Assembly: GCA_963718235.1 (NCBI GenBank)
Contig: CAVQYR010000002.1
Location: 544,001 to 608,000 of the forward strand
Reading direction: 5' to 3'
Source of the DNA: an uncultured Actinomycetota bacterium
GTDB lineage: Bacteria > Actinomycetota > Actinomycetes > JAHEKZ01
Length of the DNA: 64,000 bases
Position 1 is the first letter of the stretch; the number at the start of each line of letters is the position of its first letter. The notes under the pieces were generated by a model. That model was not told the DNA's origin. It saw nothing but the letters and a program-made list of their open reading frames with translations, and ran no database searches. The translations under genes were made by a program, and so were the position numbers. This document shows positions 7,261 to 16,545 of this stretch, one piece after another.

Positions 7261-8715
7261 ATGCAGGCACTGCGCCCCGCGGCGCGCGGCTACATCGCGG
7301 TGGTCATCACCATGGCCGCCGTGGCTGTCGTCGTGTCGATGGCGGCCGCCCTCGGAGTCATCGACGTCGAGATTCTGCGCATCTCCGAGGTTGACGATTT
7401 TTGGCAAACGATCATCGTGCTCGCCCCCGTGTACGTCCTCGCCACCTCCACACCGTCGGCCATGGCGGTCCCGGTGGCCATGATGGCGAACGTCCCGGTG
7501 CTCTTCGCGGCCTACCTGATCGCCGGTCCGGCCGCCGCCGTCCTCGTCGCCGCGTCCGGGCTCCTCGCGTTCACCTCGGTCCCGTGGGTCAAGCGAGGTT
7601 TCAACACCGCCCAGTTCACCCTGATCGGCCTGGGCGCCGGCCTGGTCTACGTGATGCTCGACGGCCCCTTCGCCGAGGACTTCGCGGCGGCCAACTTCGG
7701 ACGGGACATCCTGGTTCCGGTCGTCGCCTCCAACGTCGCAGCGATGGTGCTGAACGGGCTCCTGCTCTTCGGCGTGCTCCGTACCGCCGAGGGACTGTCC
7801 TTCCGGTCCATGTGGCGCACCGTCATCGCCGGCTCGGCCGTGCCCTACCTCGGGTACGGGCTGTTCGGACTCCTCATGGCGGTGCTGTGGTCCGTCGGCA
7901 GCGGGTTCGGTGCGACTCTGGTGCTGCTTCCGCTGCTCATCGCCCGCTGGGCGTACCGGCAGTACGCCGAGCAGCAGCGGGCGTACGAGGCGACCATCGC
8001 CGCGATGGTGCAGGCGGTCGAGACCAAGGACCACTACACCCGTGGACACAGCGAGCGCGTGTCGCGAGCCGCAGTGATGATCGCCCGCGTCCGGGGCATG
8101 ACGGCGGACCGGGTGAACGCCCTGCGCTACGCCGGGATCCTGCACGACGTCGGCAAGCTGGGTGTGCCCACACGTTTGCTGCAGAAGACCGGCCCCCTGG
8201 CCGACGGTGAGTACGAGCGGATCAAGATGCACCCGGTGCACGGCACCGAGATGGTTCGTGGGATCACCTTCCTGGAAGAGGCGTACGAGGGGATCCTGCA
8301 CCACCACGAGCGCCTCGACGGTCTCGGCTACCCCAGCGGTCTGAAGGGCATGGACATCCCCGAGTTCGCCCGCGCCATCGCCGTCGCCGACGCCTTCGAC
8401 TCGATGACGTCGACCCGTTCGTACCGAGGGGCTCGCAGCGTCGAGAAGGCGCTGGAGGAGCTGGACCGCTGGAAGGGTACCCAGTTCGACCCGGCCATGG
8501 TCGACGCGCTCGTGACGGCATTGGAGCGCGAACCGTGGAAGACCACCGCGGTCGTCGTCGACACCGCTGACGGCGAGACGCCGGTCGCCGCGAGCTTCGA
8601 CCACGACGACCCGGGCGCCCCGATCCCACTTGGCAGCGACCAGGCCCTGGCTGCGGCCGCCGAGGAAGCCGAGAGCGCCCAGGTGTCGGCCCTGCGACGT
8701 CAGGACGACGCATGA
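7261..8715 (+). CDS. Membrane-bound HD-GYP c-di-GMP phosphodiesterase with multi-TM sensor (MASE9-like, inferred)
   Basis: About 7-8 TM segments with a KRGFN motif, then ETKDHYTRGHSERV, ILHDVGK, HHHERLDGLGYP and VADAFDSMTSTRSYR. RBS AGGAG/GGAG before ATG 7261. Position matches the Streptomyces HdgA/HdgB pair after sigR-rsrA (recalled). Confidence 0.93.
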   Translation: MQALRPAARGYIAVVITMAAVAVVVSMAAALGVIDVEILRISEVDDFWQTIIVLAPVYVLATSTPSAMAVPVAMMANVPVLFAAYLIAGPAAAVLVAASGLLAFTSVPWVKRGFNTAQFTLIGLGAGLVYVMLDGPFAEDFAAANFGRDILVPVVASNVAAMVLNGLLLFGVLRTAEGLSFRSMWRTVIAGSAVPYLGYGLFGLLMAVLWSVGSGFGATLVLLPLLIARWAYRQYAEQQRAYEATIAAMVQAVETKDHYTRGHSERVSRAAVMIARVRGMTADRVNALRYAGILHDVGKLGVPTRLLQKTGPLADGEYERIKMHPVHGTEMVRGITFLEEAYEGILHHHERLDGLGYPSGLKGMDIPEFARAIAVADAFDSMTSTRSYRGARSVEKALEELDRWKGTQFDPAMVDALVTALEREPWKTTAVVVDTADGETPVAASFDHDDPGAPIPLGSDQALAAAAEEAESAQVSALRRQDDA

Positions 8716-9995
8716 GGTCGCGCTGGTTCGACTCCTCGGCGGGCGCGACGCTCGTGGTGATCGGCGCGCTCCTGCTCGTGGCCGGTGCGGTGATGTCGAC
8801 GAGCGTCCAGGGTCTCGTCCAACCGATGATCGCCCTGGCCTTCGGCGGCTTCGTGGCGGTCGGTGAGCTGATCCGGATCAACCTGCCGGGAGACCGGGTG
8901 ACCGCTCCGCTGGGCGCGGCGGGTGCTCTGGGCTACGCCCTCCTGGAGAGCTTCGACGGGGTCCCGACGCAGTACGACGCCATGCAGGTGATCGCCGTGG
9001 TTGCGGTGGGCATGCTCGTCGGCACCGTGCCGCACGTGGCGGTGGGCCAGCCTCCCCGGCTCGAGGCGATGGCCCGCCGGATCCTCACGACGGCCTTCGC
9101 CGCGGCCATCTTCCGGCCGCTGTACACCTCCGGTGCCCTCGACGGGCTCGAGACGCCGGACTGGCAGCTGCCGGCGTTCATGCTCGTCGTCGTCGCGTGC
9201 AGCGGTTTCGTCGACGCCCTGCTCGCGGCACTGATCCGCAGCAGCCGCGAGCGGCTTCCGTTCCTCGCCGCACTTCGGGACGAGGGGCGCGCCTTCGTGG
9301 GGATCGGCTCGGTCATCGGTGCCACCGGCGTCCTGATCGCGCTGGCCGCCGAGGTCATGGGCTACTGGGCGCTGCCCATCTTCGCGATCCCGCTGCTCAT
9401 CGCCCAGTTCTCCTTCCGCCGGTACGCAGCGATCCGAGCCACCTACACCCAGACGATCCGGGCACTGTCCCGCGTCACCGAGGTGGGTGGGTACACCGAG
9501 ACCGGGCATGCCCGCCGGGTCAGCCAGCTCGCCCTGGCGGTGGGGCGCGAGATGGGGCTGTCGGAGTCTGCCCTGATCGACCTGGAGTACAGCGCCCTCA
9601 TGCACGACATCGGCCAGCTGTCGTTGTCCGACCCGATCCCCGGCGGAGCGACGGTCATGGTCGCGCCGGACGAGCAGCGCCGGATCGCCGGCCTGGGTGC
9701 CGAGGTCATCCGCAAGACGGGGGTCCTGGACCGGGTCGCGGTGATCGTCGAGTGCCAGAGCGAGCCCTACCGCCGCCCAGGACAGCCCCTGGACGCCGGG
9801 ATCCCGCTGGCGAGTCGGATCATCCGGGCGGTCAACGCCTACGACGACCGGGTCGGCGGGTTGAACGACCTCGAGCACCAGCTTGCCGCGCTCGAGCAGC
9901 TGCGGCTGGGCATGGCCTACGACTACGACCCACGGGTCGTGGAGACCCTGAGCCGGGTCGTGGAGCGCAACTCCCGGCTCGGCGTCCAGCCCTAG
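8712..9995 (+). CDS. Second membrane-bound HD-GYP-like protein, catalytically degenerate
   Basis: Multi-TM N-terminus. TGHARRV and LMHDIGQ are retained, but HHE..DGxGYP is replaced by CQSEPYRRPG. ATGA coupling to the first HD-GYP gene. Confidence 0.88.
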   Translation: MRSRWFDSSAGATLVVIGALLLVAGAVMSTSVQGLVQPMIALAFGGFVAVGELIRINLPGDRVTAPLGAAGALGYALLESFDGVPTQYDAMQVIAVVAVGMLVGTVPHVAVGQPPRLEAMARRILTTAFAAAIFRPLYTSGALDGLETPDWQLPAFMLVVVACSGFVDALLAALIRSSRERLPFLAALRDEGRAFVGIGSVIGATGVLIALAAEVMGYWALPIFAIPLLIAQFSFRRYAAIRATYTQTIRALSRVTEVGGYTETGHARRVSQLALAVGREMGLSESALIDLEYSALMHDIGQLSLSDPIPGGATVMVAPDEQRRIAGLGAEVIRKTGVLDRVAVIVECQSEPYRRPGQPLDAGIPLASRIIRAVNAYDDRVGGLNDLEHQLAALEQLRLGMAYDYDPRVVETLSRVVERNSRLGVQP

Positions 9996-10070
9996 CCGGC
10001 CGGAGGCGACCGCGTCGCGTGCTTGGATGGCGCTGCGTGTGCTGCACGCGACGAGGCGAAGGGAGCCACG

Positions 10071-10304
10071 GTGGCTGAGCAGGTCCGCGCGGAGATGGTC
10101 GCGAACGTCCTGAAGGTCCTGGTGGGTGCCGGCGACCCGGTGGCCGCCGGAGACGCCGTGGTGATCCTGGAGTCGATGAAGATGGAGATCCCGGTCCTGG
10201 TCGAGCACGCGGGAACCGTGGTGGCGATCGACGTCCAGGAGGGCGACGTGGTCCAGGAGGGCGACGTCATGGTCGAGGTCGCCGACGCGGTCGCGGCCGG
10301 CTGA
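10071..10304 (+). CDS. Stand-alone biotin/lipoyl carrier protein (TB7.3/Rv3221c-like)
   Basis: VRAEMVANV start and LESMKMEIPV biotinylation motif; GGAG RBS. Confidence 0.92.
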   Translation: MAEQVRAEMVANVLKVLVGAGDPVAAGDAVVILESMKMEIPVLVEHAGTVVAIDVQEGDVVQEGDVMVEVADAVAAG

Positions 10305-10360
10305 GCCCGGCTGACCCCGGCCGAATCTGACCGCGGACCGCAGCGCGGCAGTCATTCGGG

Positions 10361-10388
10361 TAAAGGTCGACGCCGCAGGCACCGACAC
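10361..10388 (+). promoter_or_regulatory. Sigma28 (FliA/WhiG)-like promoter of pilT
   Basis: TAAAG(10361-65)-N15-ACCGACAC(10381-88) versus consensus TAAAG-N15-GCCGATAA; GTG start at 10396. Confidence 0.55.
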
Positions 10389-10395
10389 ATTCCCC

Positions 10396-11569
10396 GTGGA
10401 GAGCTCCAGTGAGACCCTCGACGCCATCCGTGCGCCTCTGATCGAGGCCGCCCTGGACCCGGCGACCGGCAGCGACCTGAGCTCGAGCGCGCCGGTCTCC
10501 GTCGAGCCGTTCCTGCGCGCTCTGGTCGACCTCGGCGGCTCCGACCTGCACTGCAAGACCGGCTCGCCGCCCCGGGTCCGGATCGACGGGCGGCTGCGCA
10601 AGCTCCAGGCCCGTACCCTCACCGCCGTCGACACCGAGTTCATGGCCTCTGAGGTCCTGCGCGACGACCTGATCGAGCAGTTCGCCCACAGCAACGAGGC
10701 CGACTTCGCCTACTCGCTGCCGGGCGTGGGCCGGTTCCGGGTCAACGCCTTCCGGGCCCGTGGGTCGGCCGGACTCGTCTTTCGTCGGGTGTCGGTCGGC
10801 GCGATCGAGCTGGAGGACCTGGGGCTGCCCCAGGTCGTCGGTGCCCTGTCGCTGGAGCCGCGCGGACTGGTGCTGGTCACCGGCCCGACCGGTTCGGGCA
10901 AGACGACGACCCTCGCGGGCATGATCGACAACATCAACCAGAACCGCGAGGTCCACATCGTCACGATCGAGGACCCGATCGAGGTCCTGCACTACGACAA
11001 GCTCTCGATGATCAACCAGCGCGAGATCCGGATCGACACCCAGGACTTCGCCACCGCGCTGCGGGCCGGCATGCGCCAGGACCCCGACGTCATCCTGGTC
11101 GGTGAGATGCGCGACTCCGAGACGGTCAAGGCCGCCCTGGCTGCCGCAGAGACCGGCCACTTCGTCATGTCGACCCTGCACACCACTGACGCGGCTGAGA
11201 CGGTCAACCGAGTCATCGACTTCTTCCCACCCCACGAGCAGAAGCAGATCCGGCTCACCTTGGCCGAGTCCCTGCGCGGCATCCTGTGTCAGCGCCTCGT
11301 CCAGCGAGCCGACGGCTACGGGCGGTGCGTGGCGATGGAGGTGCTCGTCAACACCGGCCGGATCGCCGACGCGATCTCCGACCCGGACAAGACGTCGACG
11401 ATCACCCAGCTCGTGAGCGAGGGCTCGCTACTACGGCATGCAGACGTTCGACCAGCACCTGGTCTCGCTGATCCGCGACGGCGTCATCACGCTGGAGTCG
11501 GCGATGCTCGCCTCGTCGAGCCCGCACGACCTGACCGTCGAGCTGCGTCGTCTGGGCCTGGTCGCCTAA
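10396..11569 (+). CDS. pilT: Type IV pilus retraction ATPase PilT/PilU family; +1 frameshift near 11428
   Basis: SDLH, GRFRVN, GPTGSGKTTT, TIEDPIE, RQDPDVILVGEMRD and STLHT. The conserved YGMQTFDQHL C-terminus continues in the +1 frame to TAA at 11567-11569. Confidence 0.9.
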
Positions 11570-11601
11570 TCTTGAGGTCGCGCCGCTCGTAGGGTGGCGC
11601 C

Positions 11602-11985
11602 ATGGGTATCGACGTCGGTCTGACCGCCGGGCTCGTCCACACCGTGGGTGTCGAGGACACCGCACGCTACGTCGGCAGCGGTGACCTTGACGTACTCGCC
11701 ACGCCTCGCCTGCTGGCCCTGGCCGAGGCGGCGACAGTGGCCGCCCTCGACGAGGCGCTGCCGGCCGGTCAGACCTCGGTCGGGACCCGGGTCGAGCTGG
11801 AGCACCTCAGGCCCACGCCGGTGGGCGAGACGGTCACCGTGGCAGCCGCGCTGCAGCACGTCGACGGCCGGCTCCTGCGTTTCGAGGTGGTCGTCACCGA
11901 CGACGCCGACCAGCTGGTGGGTCGGGCGCAGGTCACCAGAGTCGTCGTCGACCGCAGCGACTTCCTGGACCGGGCACGGCGCTGA
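11602..11985 (+). CDS. Hotdog-fold thioesterase (FlK-like)
   Basis: GSGDLDVLATP, AEAA and TSVGTRVELEHLRPTPVG. Confidence 0.9.
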   Translation: MGIDVGLTAGLVHTVGVEDTARYVGSGDLDVLATPRLLALAEAATVAALDEALPAGQTSVGTRVELEHLRPTPVGETVTVAAALQHVDGRLLRFEVVVTDDADQLVGRAQVTRVVVDRSDFLDRARR

Positions 11986-12018
11986 GCCGCCCGACGGCTG
12001 CCCAGGTGAGCGGATCGG

Positions 12019-12189
12019 TCAGCGGATCGGCAGCCGGCTCCACGCCAGGGCCTCGTCGCGCCAGTCGCGCGGTGAGCCGGGGGGCCGGGTCGACCGGTCG
12101 CGTCGGGTGGTGCGGACCGTGGCCACCAGCGTGGCCAGGACGAGGAGGACGGCCACGAGCAGCCAGAACGAGGTCAGCGAGAGGGTCAT
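12019..12189 (-). CDS. Small 56-aa single-TM protein divergent from the GlxA regulator; not in the ORF track
   Basis: Manual translation MTLSLTSFWLLVAVLLVLATLVATVRTTRRDRSTRPPGSPRDWRDEALAWSRLPIR. Confidence 0.6.
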   Translation of the reverse strand: MTLSLTSFWLLVAVLLVLATLVATVRTTRRDRSTRPPGSPRDWRDEALAWSRLPIR

Positions 12190-12250
12190 GGCAGTAACTG
12201 TGTCATCGCTGACTTGCTGCCACCAGTGGCAGTTTTGCCCGCTTTCGCAT

Positions 12251-12282
12251 TATTCCTGCCATTTCCTGCCTTTTCCTGCCAT
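12251..12282. promoter_or_regulatory. Three 10-bp-phased TTCCTGCC repeats, candidate AraC-type operator
   Basis: tattcctgcc atttcctgcc ttttcctgcc between divergent genes. Confidence 0.5.
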
Positions 12283-12292
12283 ACTGCGTCCC

Positions 12293-13237
12293 GTGCTGCA
12301 TGACGTGGTCGTCGTGGCCCTCCCGGGCGTGGCCCCCTTCGAGCTGGGCGTCGTGTGCGAGGTCTTCGGGATCGACCGGTCCGACCAGGGGCTCCCGGAC
12401 TTCGACTTCGCCGTGGTTGCCGCCGAACCCGGCCCCGTGACGACCTCGGTCGGTCTCGACCTCGTGGTCACCGAAGGACTCGACCGGGCGGAGTCGGCCG
12501 ACCTGATCTGCGTCCCGGCCGCCGACCACGAGCGGCCGGTCCCCCCTGCGGTGCTGAACCTGCTTCGGCGTGCGGTCGAGCGGGGAGCCCGGGTGCTGAG
12601 CGTGTGCAGCGGGGCCTACGTGCTGGCCGAGGCGGGGATCCTGGACGGTCGCCGCTGCACGACGCACTGGTACCACCTGAGCGACTTCGTCCGGCGGTAT
12701 CCACAGCTGGACACCGTGTGCGACGTGCTCTACGTCGAGGACGGCCCGGTGGTGACCAGCGCGGGCACGGCCTCGGGGATCGACGCCTGCCTGCACATCG
12801 TCCGCCAGGAGCTCGGCGCCGAGGCGGCCAACGGCATCGCCCGGCGGATGGTCGTGTCGCCTCACCGCGAAGGTGGGCAGGCCCAGTTCATCGAGACGCC
12901 GGTTCCGGAGGTCGCTGCCGACACCCTCGCGCCGGTCCTGGCCTGGTTGCAGGCGCATCTGGACGACGACGTCACGATCGACGAGCTGGCCGCCCGAGCC
13001 CACCTGTCACCGCGCACGTTCGCCCGCCGCTTCCGGGCCGAGACCGGCACCACGCCGCACCACTGGCTGATCCAGCAGCGGCTGGGGCGGGCCGAGCTGC
13101 TGCTGGAGTCGACCGACGAGCCCGTCGAGCGGGTGGCCGTGCTGTCCGGGTTCGGCTCGGCGACGGCCCTGCGGCACCACTTCACCCGCCGTCGCGGGAC
13201 CTCACCGCAGTCCTACCGGCGTTCGTTCAGACGCTAG
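12293..13237 (+). CDS. GlxA/FtrA-family transcriptional regulator (DJ-1/PfpI plus AraC HTH)
   Basis: PFELGVVCEVFG, SVCSGAYVLA, TSAGTASGIDACL, REGGQAQF and SPRTFARRF. Confidence 0.92.
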   Translation: MLHDVVVVALPGVAPFELGVVCEVFGIDRSDQGLPDFDFAVVAAEPGPVTTSVGLDLVVTEGLDRAESADLICVPAADHERPVPPAVLNLLRRAVERGARVLSVCSGAYVLAEAGILDGRRCTTHWYHLSDFVRRYPQLDTVCDVLYVEDGPVVTSAGTASGIDACLHIVRQELGAEAANGIARRMVVSPHREGGQAQFIETPVPEVAADTLAPVLAWLQAHLDDDVTIDELAARAHLSPRTFARRFRAETGTTPHHWLIQQRLGRAELLLESTDEPVERVAVLSGFGSATALRHHFTRRRGTSPQSYRRSFRR

Positions 13238-13824
13238 GGGCCGGGCCGGCTCTGAGGCTGGGCGTCCGAGCGCACGAGGTCACGCTCGTGCGCCAGCAGC
13301 CGCAGGCCGGGCACCGGCTCCCAGTCGCGCTCGGTGGCCCGACGAAAGCCCAGCCGCCGGTACAGCCGAAGGGCTGCCTCGTTGCCGTCGAGCACCACCA
13401 GGACGATCCGACCCACCCCCTCGCCGGCCAGCAGACCGGCGACCTCGCTGACCAGCCGGTCTGCGACTCCCTGGCCCCAGGCCCTCGGGGAGACGGCGAG
13501 CATCCGGATCTCGGCCTCTCCGGGGCGGGCGATCTCCGACCACACCGTCGAGGTCCGGCACACGGTGACGGTGCCCAGCAGCGTGTCGTCGCGGGGGTCG
13601 ACCGCGACGAGCAGCTGGGCCTCCTCGGCTCGTTTCGCGGCGTCGCGCAGGGCCTGCACGTACCCGGTGTCACCGTCGGCCAGCGCGCCGCCGGCCTCGT
13701 AGGCAGCCAGGGTCAGGGTGCCGACGGCGGTCAGCTCGTCCGGCCGTGCCTCCCGGACCTGCACGGGAGTGTCTCCGGAGGTGTGCTCGAGAGTGTCCTC
13801 GTGGGTGTCGTCGCGCACGGTCAC
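13234..13824 (-). CDS. GNAT family N-acetyltransferase
   Basis: EIRMLAVSPRAWGQGVA acetyl-CoA motif and ALRLYRRLGF. Confidence 0.85.
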   Translation of the reverse strand: MTVRDDTHEDTLEHTSGDTPVQVREARPDELTAVGTLTLAAYEAGGALADGDTGYVQALRDAAKRAEEAQLLVAVDPRDDTLLGTVTVCRTSTVWSEIARPGEAEIRMLAVSPRAWGQGVADRLVSEVAGLLAGEGVGRIVLVVLDGNEAALRLYRRLGFRRATERDWEPVPGLRLLAHERDLVRSDAQPQSRPGP

Positions 13825-15473
13825 ACCCCGGTGGTGCTGCGGGGGTAGGGGACCTCGGGGTCGGTGACCACGTTGACCAGGTAGGGCGCGCCGCTGGCGA
13901 ACGCCCGGTCGAGGGCCGGGCCGATCTGGTCGGGATCGGTCACCGTCTCGCCCTGGCCACCGAGGGCCCGCACGACGTCGTCGTAGCGGGTCTGCGGCTG
14001 CAGGTCGGCGGCGACGTCGTAGCCGTAGAGGAGGCGCATCGGGTGCTTCTCCAGCCCCCAGGCACCGTTGTTGCCCACGACCATGACGACCGGCAGGCGG
14101 TGGCGGACCAGGGTGTCGACGTCCATGAGCGAGAAGCCGGCGGCGCCGTCGCCGAGCAGCAGCACGACCTGGCTGTCCGGGTGGGCCAGCCGGGCGGCCA
14201 TTGCGTAGCCCAGGCCGGTGCCCAGGCAGCCGAACGGGCCGGGGTCGAGCCAGCGCCCGGGCAGCGCAGGCTCGATGAAGCGGCCGGCGAACGAGACGAA
14301 GTCGCCGCCGTCGCCGATGACGACGGCGTCGCGGTCGAGCCGAGGGATCAGCTCGCCGTAGATCCGGGCCGGGTGGATCGGCTGCGCCGGTGAGTGAAGC
14401 AGCTCCTGGTCGAGCAGGCGGGCGGCGGTGGTCGCCTCGGCGAGGTCGCCCGCCCAGGCCGGGTCACGCCCGGGTGACCCCGACCAGGTGCTCGTGAGGT
14501 GCTCGAGCATCGGGCTGAGCGGTCCGGCGGCGCTGGCGCCGAGGGTGACGTGCTGGGCCAGGCGGGCGGGGGAGTCGACCAGGTGGACGACCGTGGCGGG
14601 GGGGCCAGCGTCGGGCTCCTTGCCGCCGAAGACCCCGTACCCGAGCCGGAAGTCGAGCGGGGTTCCGACCACCACGACGAGGTCGGCCCCACCCAGGGCG
14701 CGACCGCGGGCGCGGGTCACGAGCAGCGGGTGCTCGGCCGGCAGCACGCCGCGCCCCATCCCGTTGGCGATGGTCGGGACGCCCAGGGCGTCGACGAACG
14801 CCCGGGCCGCGTGCTCGGCGCCGTCCAGCCACACGTCGGAGCCGAGGACGACGACCGGCCGGACGGCCCCGGCGAGCAGGCCGGCCACGCGCTCGAGGTC
14901 GGCCGGGTCGGCCTCGGGTCTGGGGGTCGGGGTGACCGCGGGGACGGTGACCTCGGCCCGGGCGAAGAAGTGGTCGATCGCCACATCCAGGAAGACCGGC
15001 CCCCGGGGGGCCGAGACGGCCAGCCGCAGGGCCTGGTCGACCTGCTCGGCGATCGTGGCCTCGCCGGTGATGGTGGTCGACGCCTTGGTCACGGGTGCGA
15101 GCAGCGGGGGGTGGTCCAGCTCCTGCAGGGCGCCGTCGCCCCATCGATAGGCCGGAGCCCGACCCCCGAGGACGAGCACGGGCGCCCCGTTGAACCAGGC
15201 AGTCGTGACGGCGCTCACCGCGTTGGTGACGCCGGGACCGGCAGTGACCGCGGCCATCGTGGGGCGGCGGGTGAGTCGGGCCAAGGCCTCTGCGGCGAAG
15301 ACGGCCGTCTGCTCGTGGCGCACGTCGACCAGCAGGACCGCGCCGTCCGTGGCCACGGCGGCGTCGTACAGGGGGAAGATGTGCGCCCCCGACAAGGTGA
15401 AGACGGTGTCGACGCCGTGCGCGCGGGCCGCGGCGAGGGCGAGGGTGCCGCCGTGCCCTTCGAGCGTGCTCAT
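13821..15473 (-). CDS. TPP-dependent enzyme, acetolactate synthase-like (IlvG/2-hydroxyacyl-CoA lyase group)
   Basis: [15 protein letters not shown] and the GDGAAGFS...VGNN TPP motif. Confidence 0.88.
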   Translation of the reverse strand: MSTLEGHGGTLALAAARAHGVDTVFTLSGAHIFPLYDAAVATDGAVLLVDVRHEQTAVFAAEALARLTRRPTMAAVTAGPGVTNAVSAVTTAWFNGAPVLVLGGRAPAYRWGDGALQELDHPPLLAPVTKASTTITGEATIAEQVDQALRLAVSAPRGPVFLDVAIDHFFARAEVTVPAVTPTPRPEADPADLERVAGLLAGAVRPVVVLGSDVWLDGAEHAARAFVDALGVPTIANGMGRGVLPAEHPLLVTRARGRALGGADLVVVVGTPLDFRLGYGVFGGKEPDAGPPATVVHLVDSPARLAQHVTLGASAAGPLSPMLEHLTSTWSGSPGRDPAWAGDLAEATTAARLLDQELLHSPAQPIHPARIYGELIPRLDRDAVVIGDGGDFVSFAGRFIEPALPGRWLDPGPFGCLGTGLGYAMAARLAHPDSQVVLLLGDGAAGFSLMDVDTLVRHRLPVVMVVGNNGAWGLEKHPMRLLYGYDVAADLQPQTRYDDVVRALGGQGETVTDPDQIGPALDRAFASGAPYLVNVVTDPEVPYPRSTTGV

Positions 15474-15501
15474 CCTCGGGGTCGGGGGCCGGTCACCCCG
15501 G

Positions 15502-15750
15502 TCAGGCGCTGGCCCGGGCCCGAGCCGTACGTCGCTTCAGGGCGCGGCGCTCATCCTCGCTCAGGCCACCCCAGACGCCGGCGTCCTGTCCGGTCTCGAG
15601 GGCCCACTGGAGGCAGGCGTCGACGACCTCGCAACGATGGCAGACCGCGCGTGCCTCCTCGATCTGCAGCAGGGCGGGGCCAGTGTTGCCGATGGGGAAG
15701 AACAGCTCGGGGTCCTCGTCACGGCAGGCGGCACGGTGGCGCCAGTCCAT
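15502..15750 (-). CDS. whiB1: WhiB1/WblE Fe-S transcription factor
   Basis: [26 protein letters not shown], four Cys residues and GVWGG. Confidence 0.97.
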   Translation of the reverse strand: MDWRHRAACRDEDPELFFPIGNTGPALLQIEEARAVCHRCEVVDACLQWALETGQDAGVWGGLSEDERRALKRRTARARASA

Positions 15751-15814
15751 GCGGATCCACTCTCCTCGGGCTCGGTGCGAGGCGGCGCCCTCGCGGGACC
15801 GGGATGTCCCGGCT

Positions 15815-15830
15815 TGTGAACGCGTTCACG
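15815..15830. promoter_or_regulatory. CRP-like site upstream of whiB1
   Basis: TGTGA-acgcgt-TCACG versus consensus TGTGA-N6-TCACA; a weaker copy at 15881-15896. M. tuberculosis whiB1 is known to be CRP-regulated. Confidence 0.55.
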
Positions 15831-16076
15831 AGGGGTTCCGTTCCGGAGAGGCTCAGGTCCGGGGAGGCTCGCAGGCGTTCGGGGAGTGCGTTCACGGGGA
15901 CGCCGGCCCCGGTCGACACGCGACCTCAAGCCTCGCAGACGCGTCCGGGGCGCACAAGATGAAATCGGAACCAACTGCCTCCGTCGGTTGTCGGGTTGGT
16001 CACACGACTCCGGGACGGCCGGACCGGACCCCTCACCCCCGGGCCGCACCGAGCGAGGCTGGCTACCCTTCGACGC

Positions 16077-16496
16077 GTGACGGACGAGCCGAGAACCCCT
16101 GAGAGCACGGCCTCCTCGCCCCCACAGCTGCGCACCCTGGCCGCCCTGGCCGGCCTGCAGGGCGTGGCCATGCTCGGCTACGTCGCGGTCGACATCGTCG
16201 TCGCGGCGTCGGAGGCGGAGGCCAACTGGGGAGCCGTGGCCTTCACAGCGACCCTGCTCGGGCTGTGGGGCGCCGGGCTCTTGCTGTGCGCGCGGGGCCT
16301 GCTTCGGCTGCGCCGATGGGCGTTCACCCCGGTGGTGTTCACCCAGCTGATCTTCGGTGCGATCGGCCTGAGCGTGCTCCGGTCGGCGTCGGTCGGCGCC
16401 AAGGTGGCCTGGGTCGTGATCCTGGTGCTCGCCGTGGTCGCCCTGGCGCTGGCCTTCAGCCGTCCGGTCAGGGACGCCGTGACGTCCCCCCGGTAG
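16077..16496 (+). CDS. Conserved 4-TM membrane protein (Rv3217c-like)
   Basis: Four hydrophobic helices, RRWAFTPVVFTQL, position next to whiB1; TACCCT -10 before the GTG. Confidence 0.7.
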   Translation: MTDEPRTPESTASSPPQLRTLAALAGLQGVAMLGYVAVDIVVAASEAEANWGAVAFTATLLGLWGAGLLLCARGLLRLRRWAFTPVVFTQLIFGAIGLSVLRSASVGAKVAWVVILVLAVVALALAFSRPVRDAVTSPR

Positions 16497-16545
16497 CCGG
16501 CCATGCGGGGGAGTGGCCCCGCTCGTCGTGCGTCATGATCGTGGG

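Noticed and set aside
6813-7270. Minus-strand ORFs 6813-7016 and 6977-7270
   Set aside because: No RBS and atypical composition; their peptide similarity to + strand frames is a by-product of the inverted repeat.
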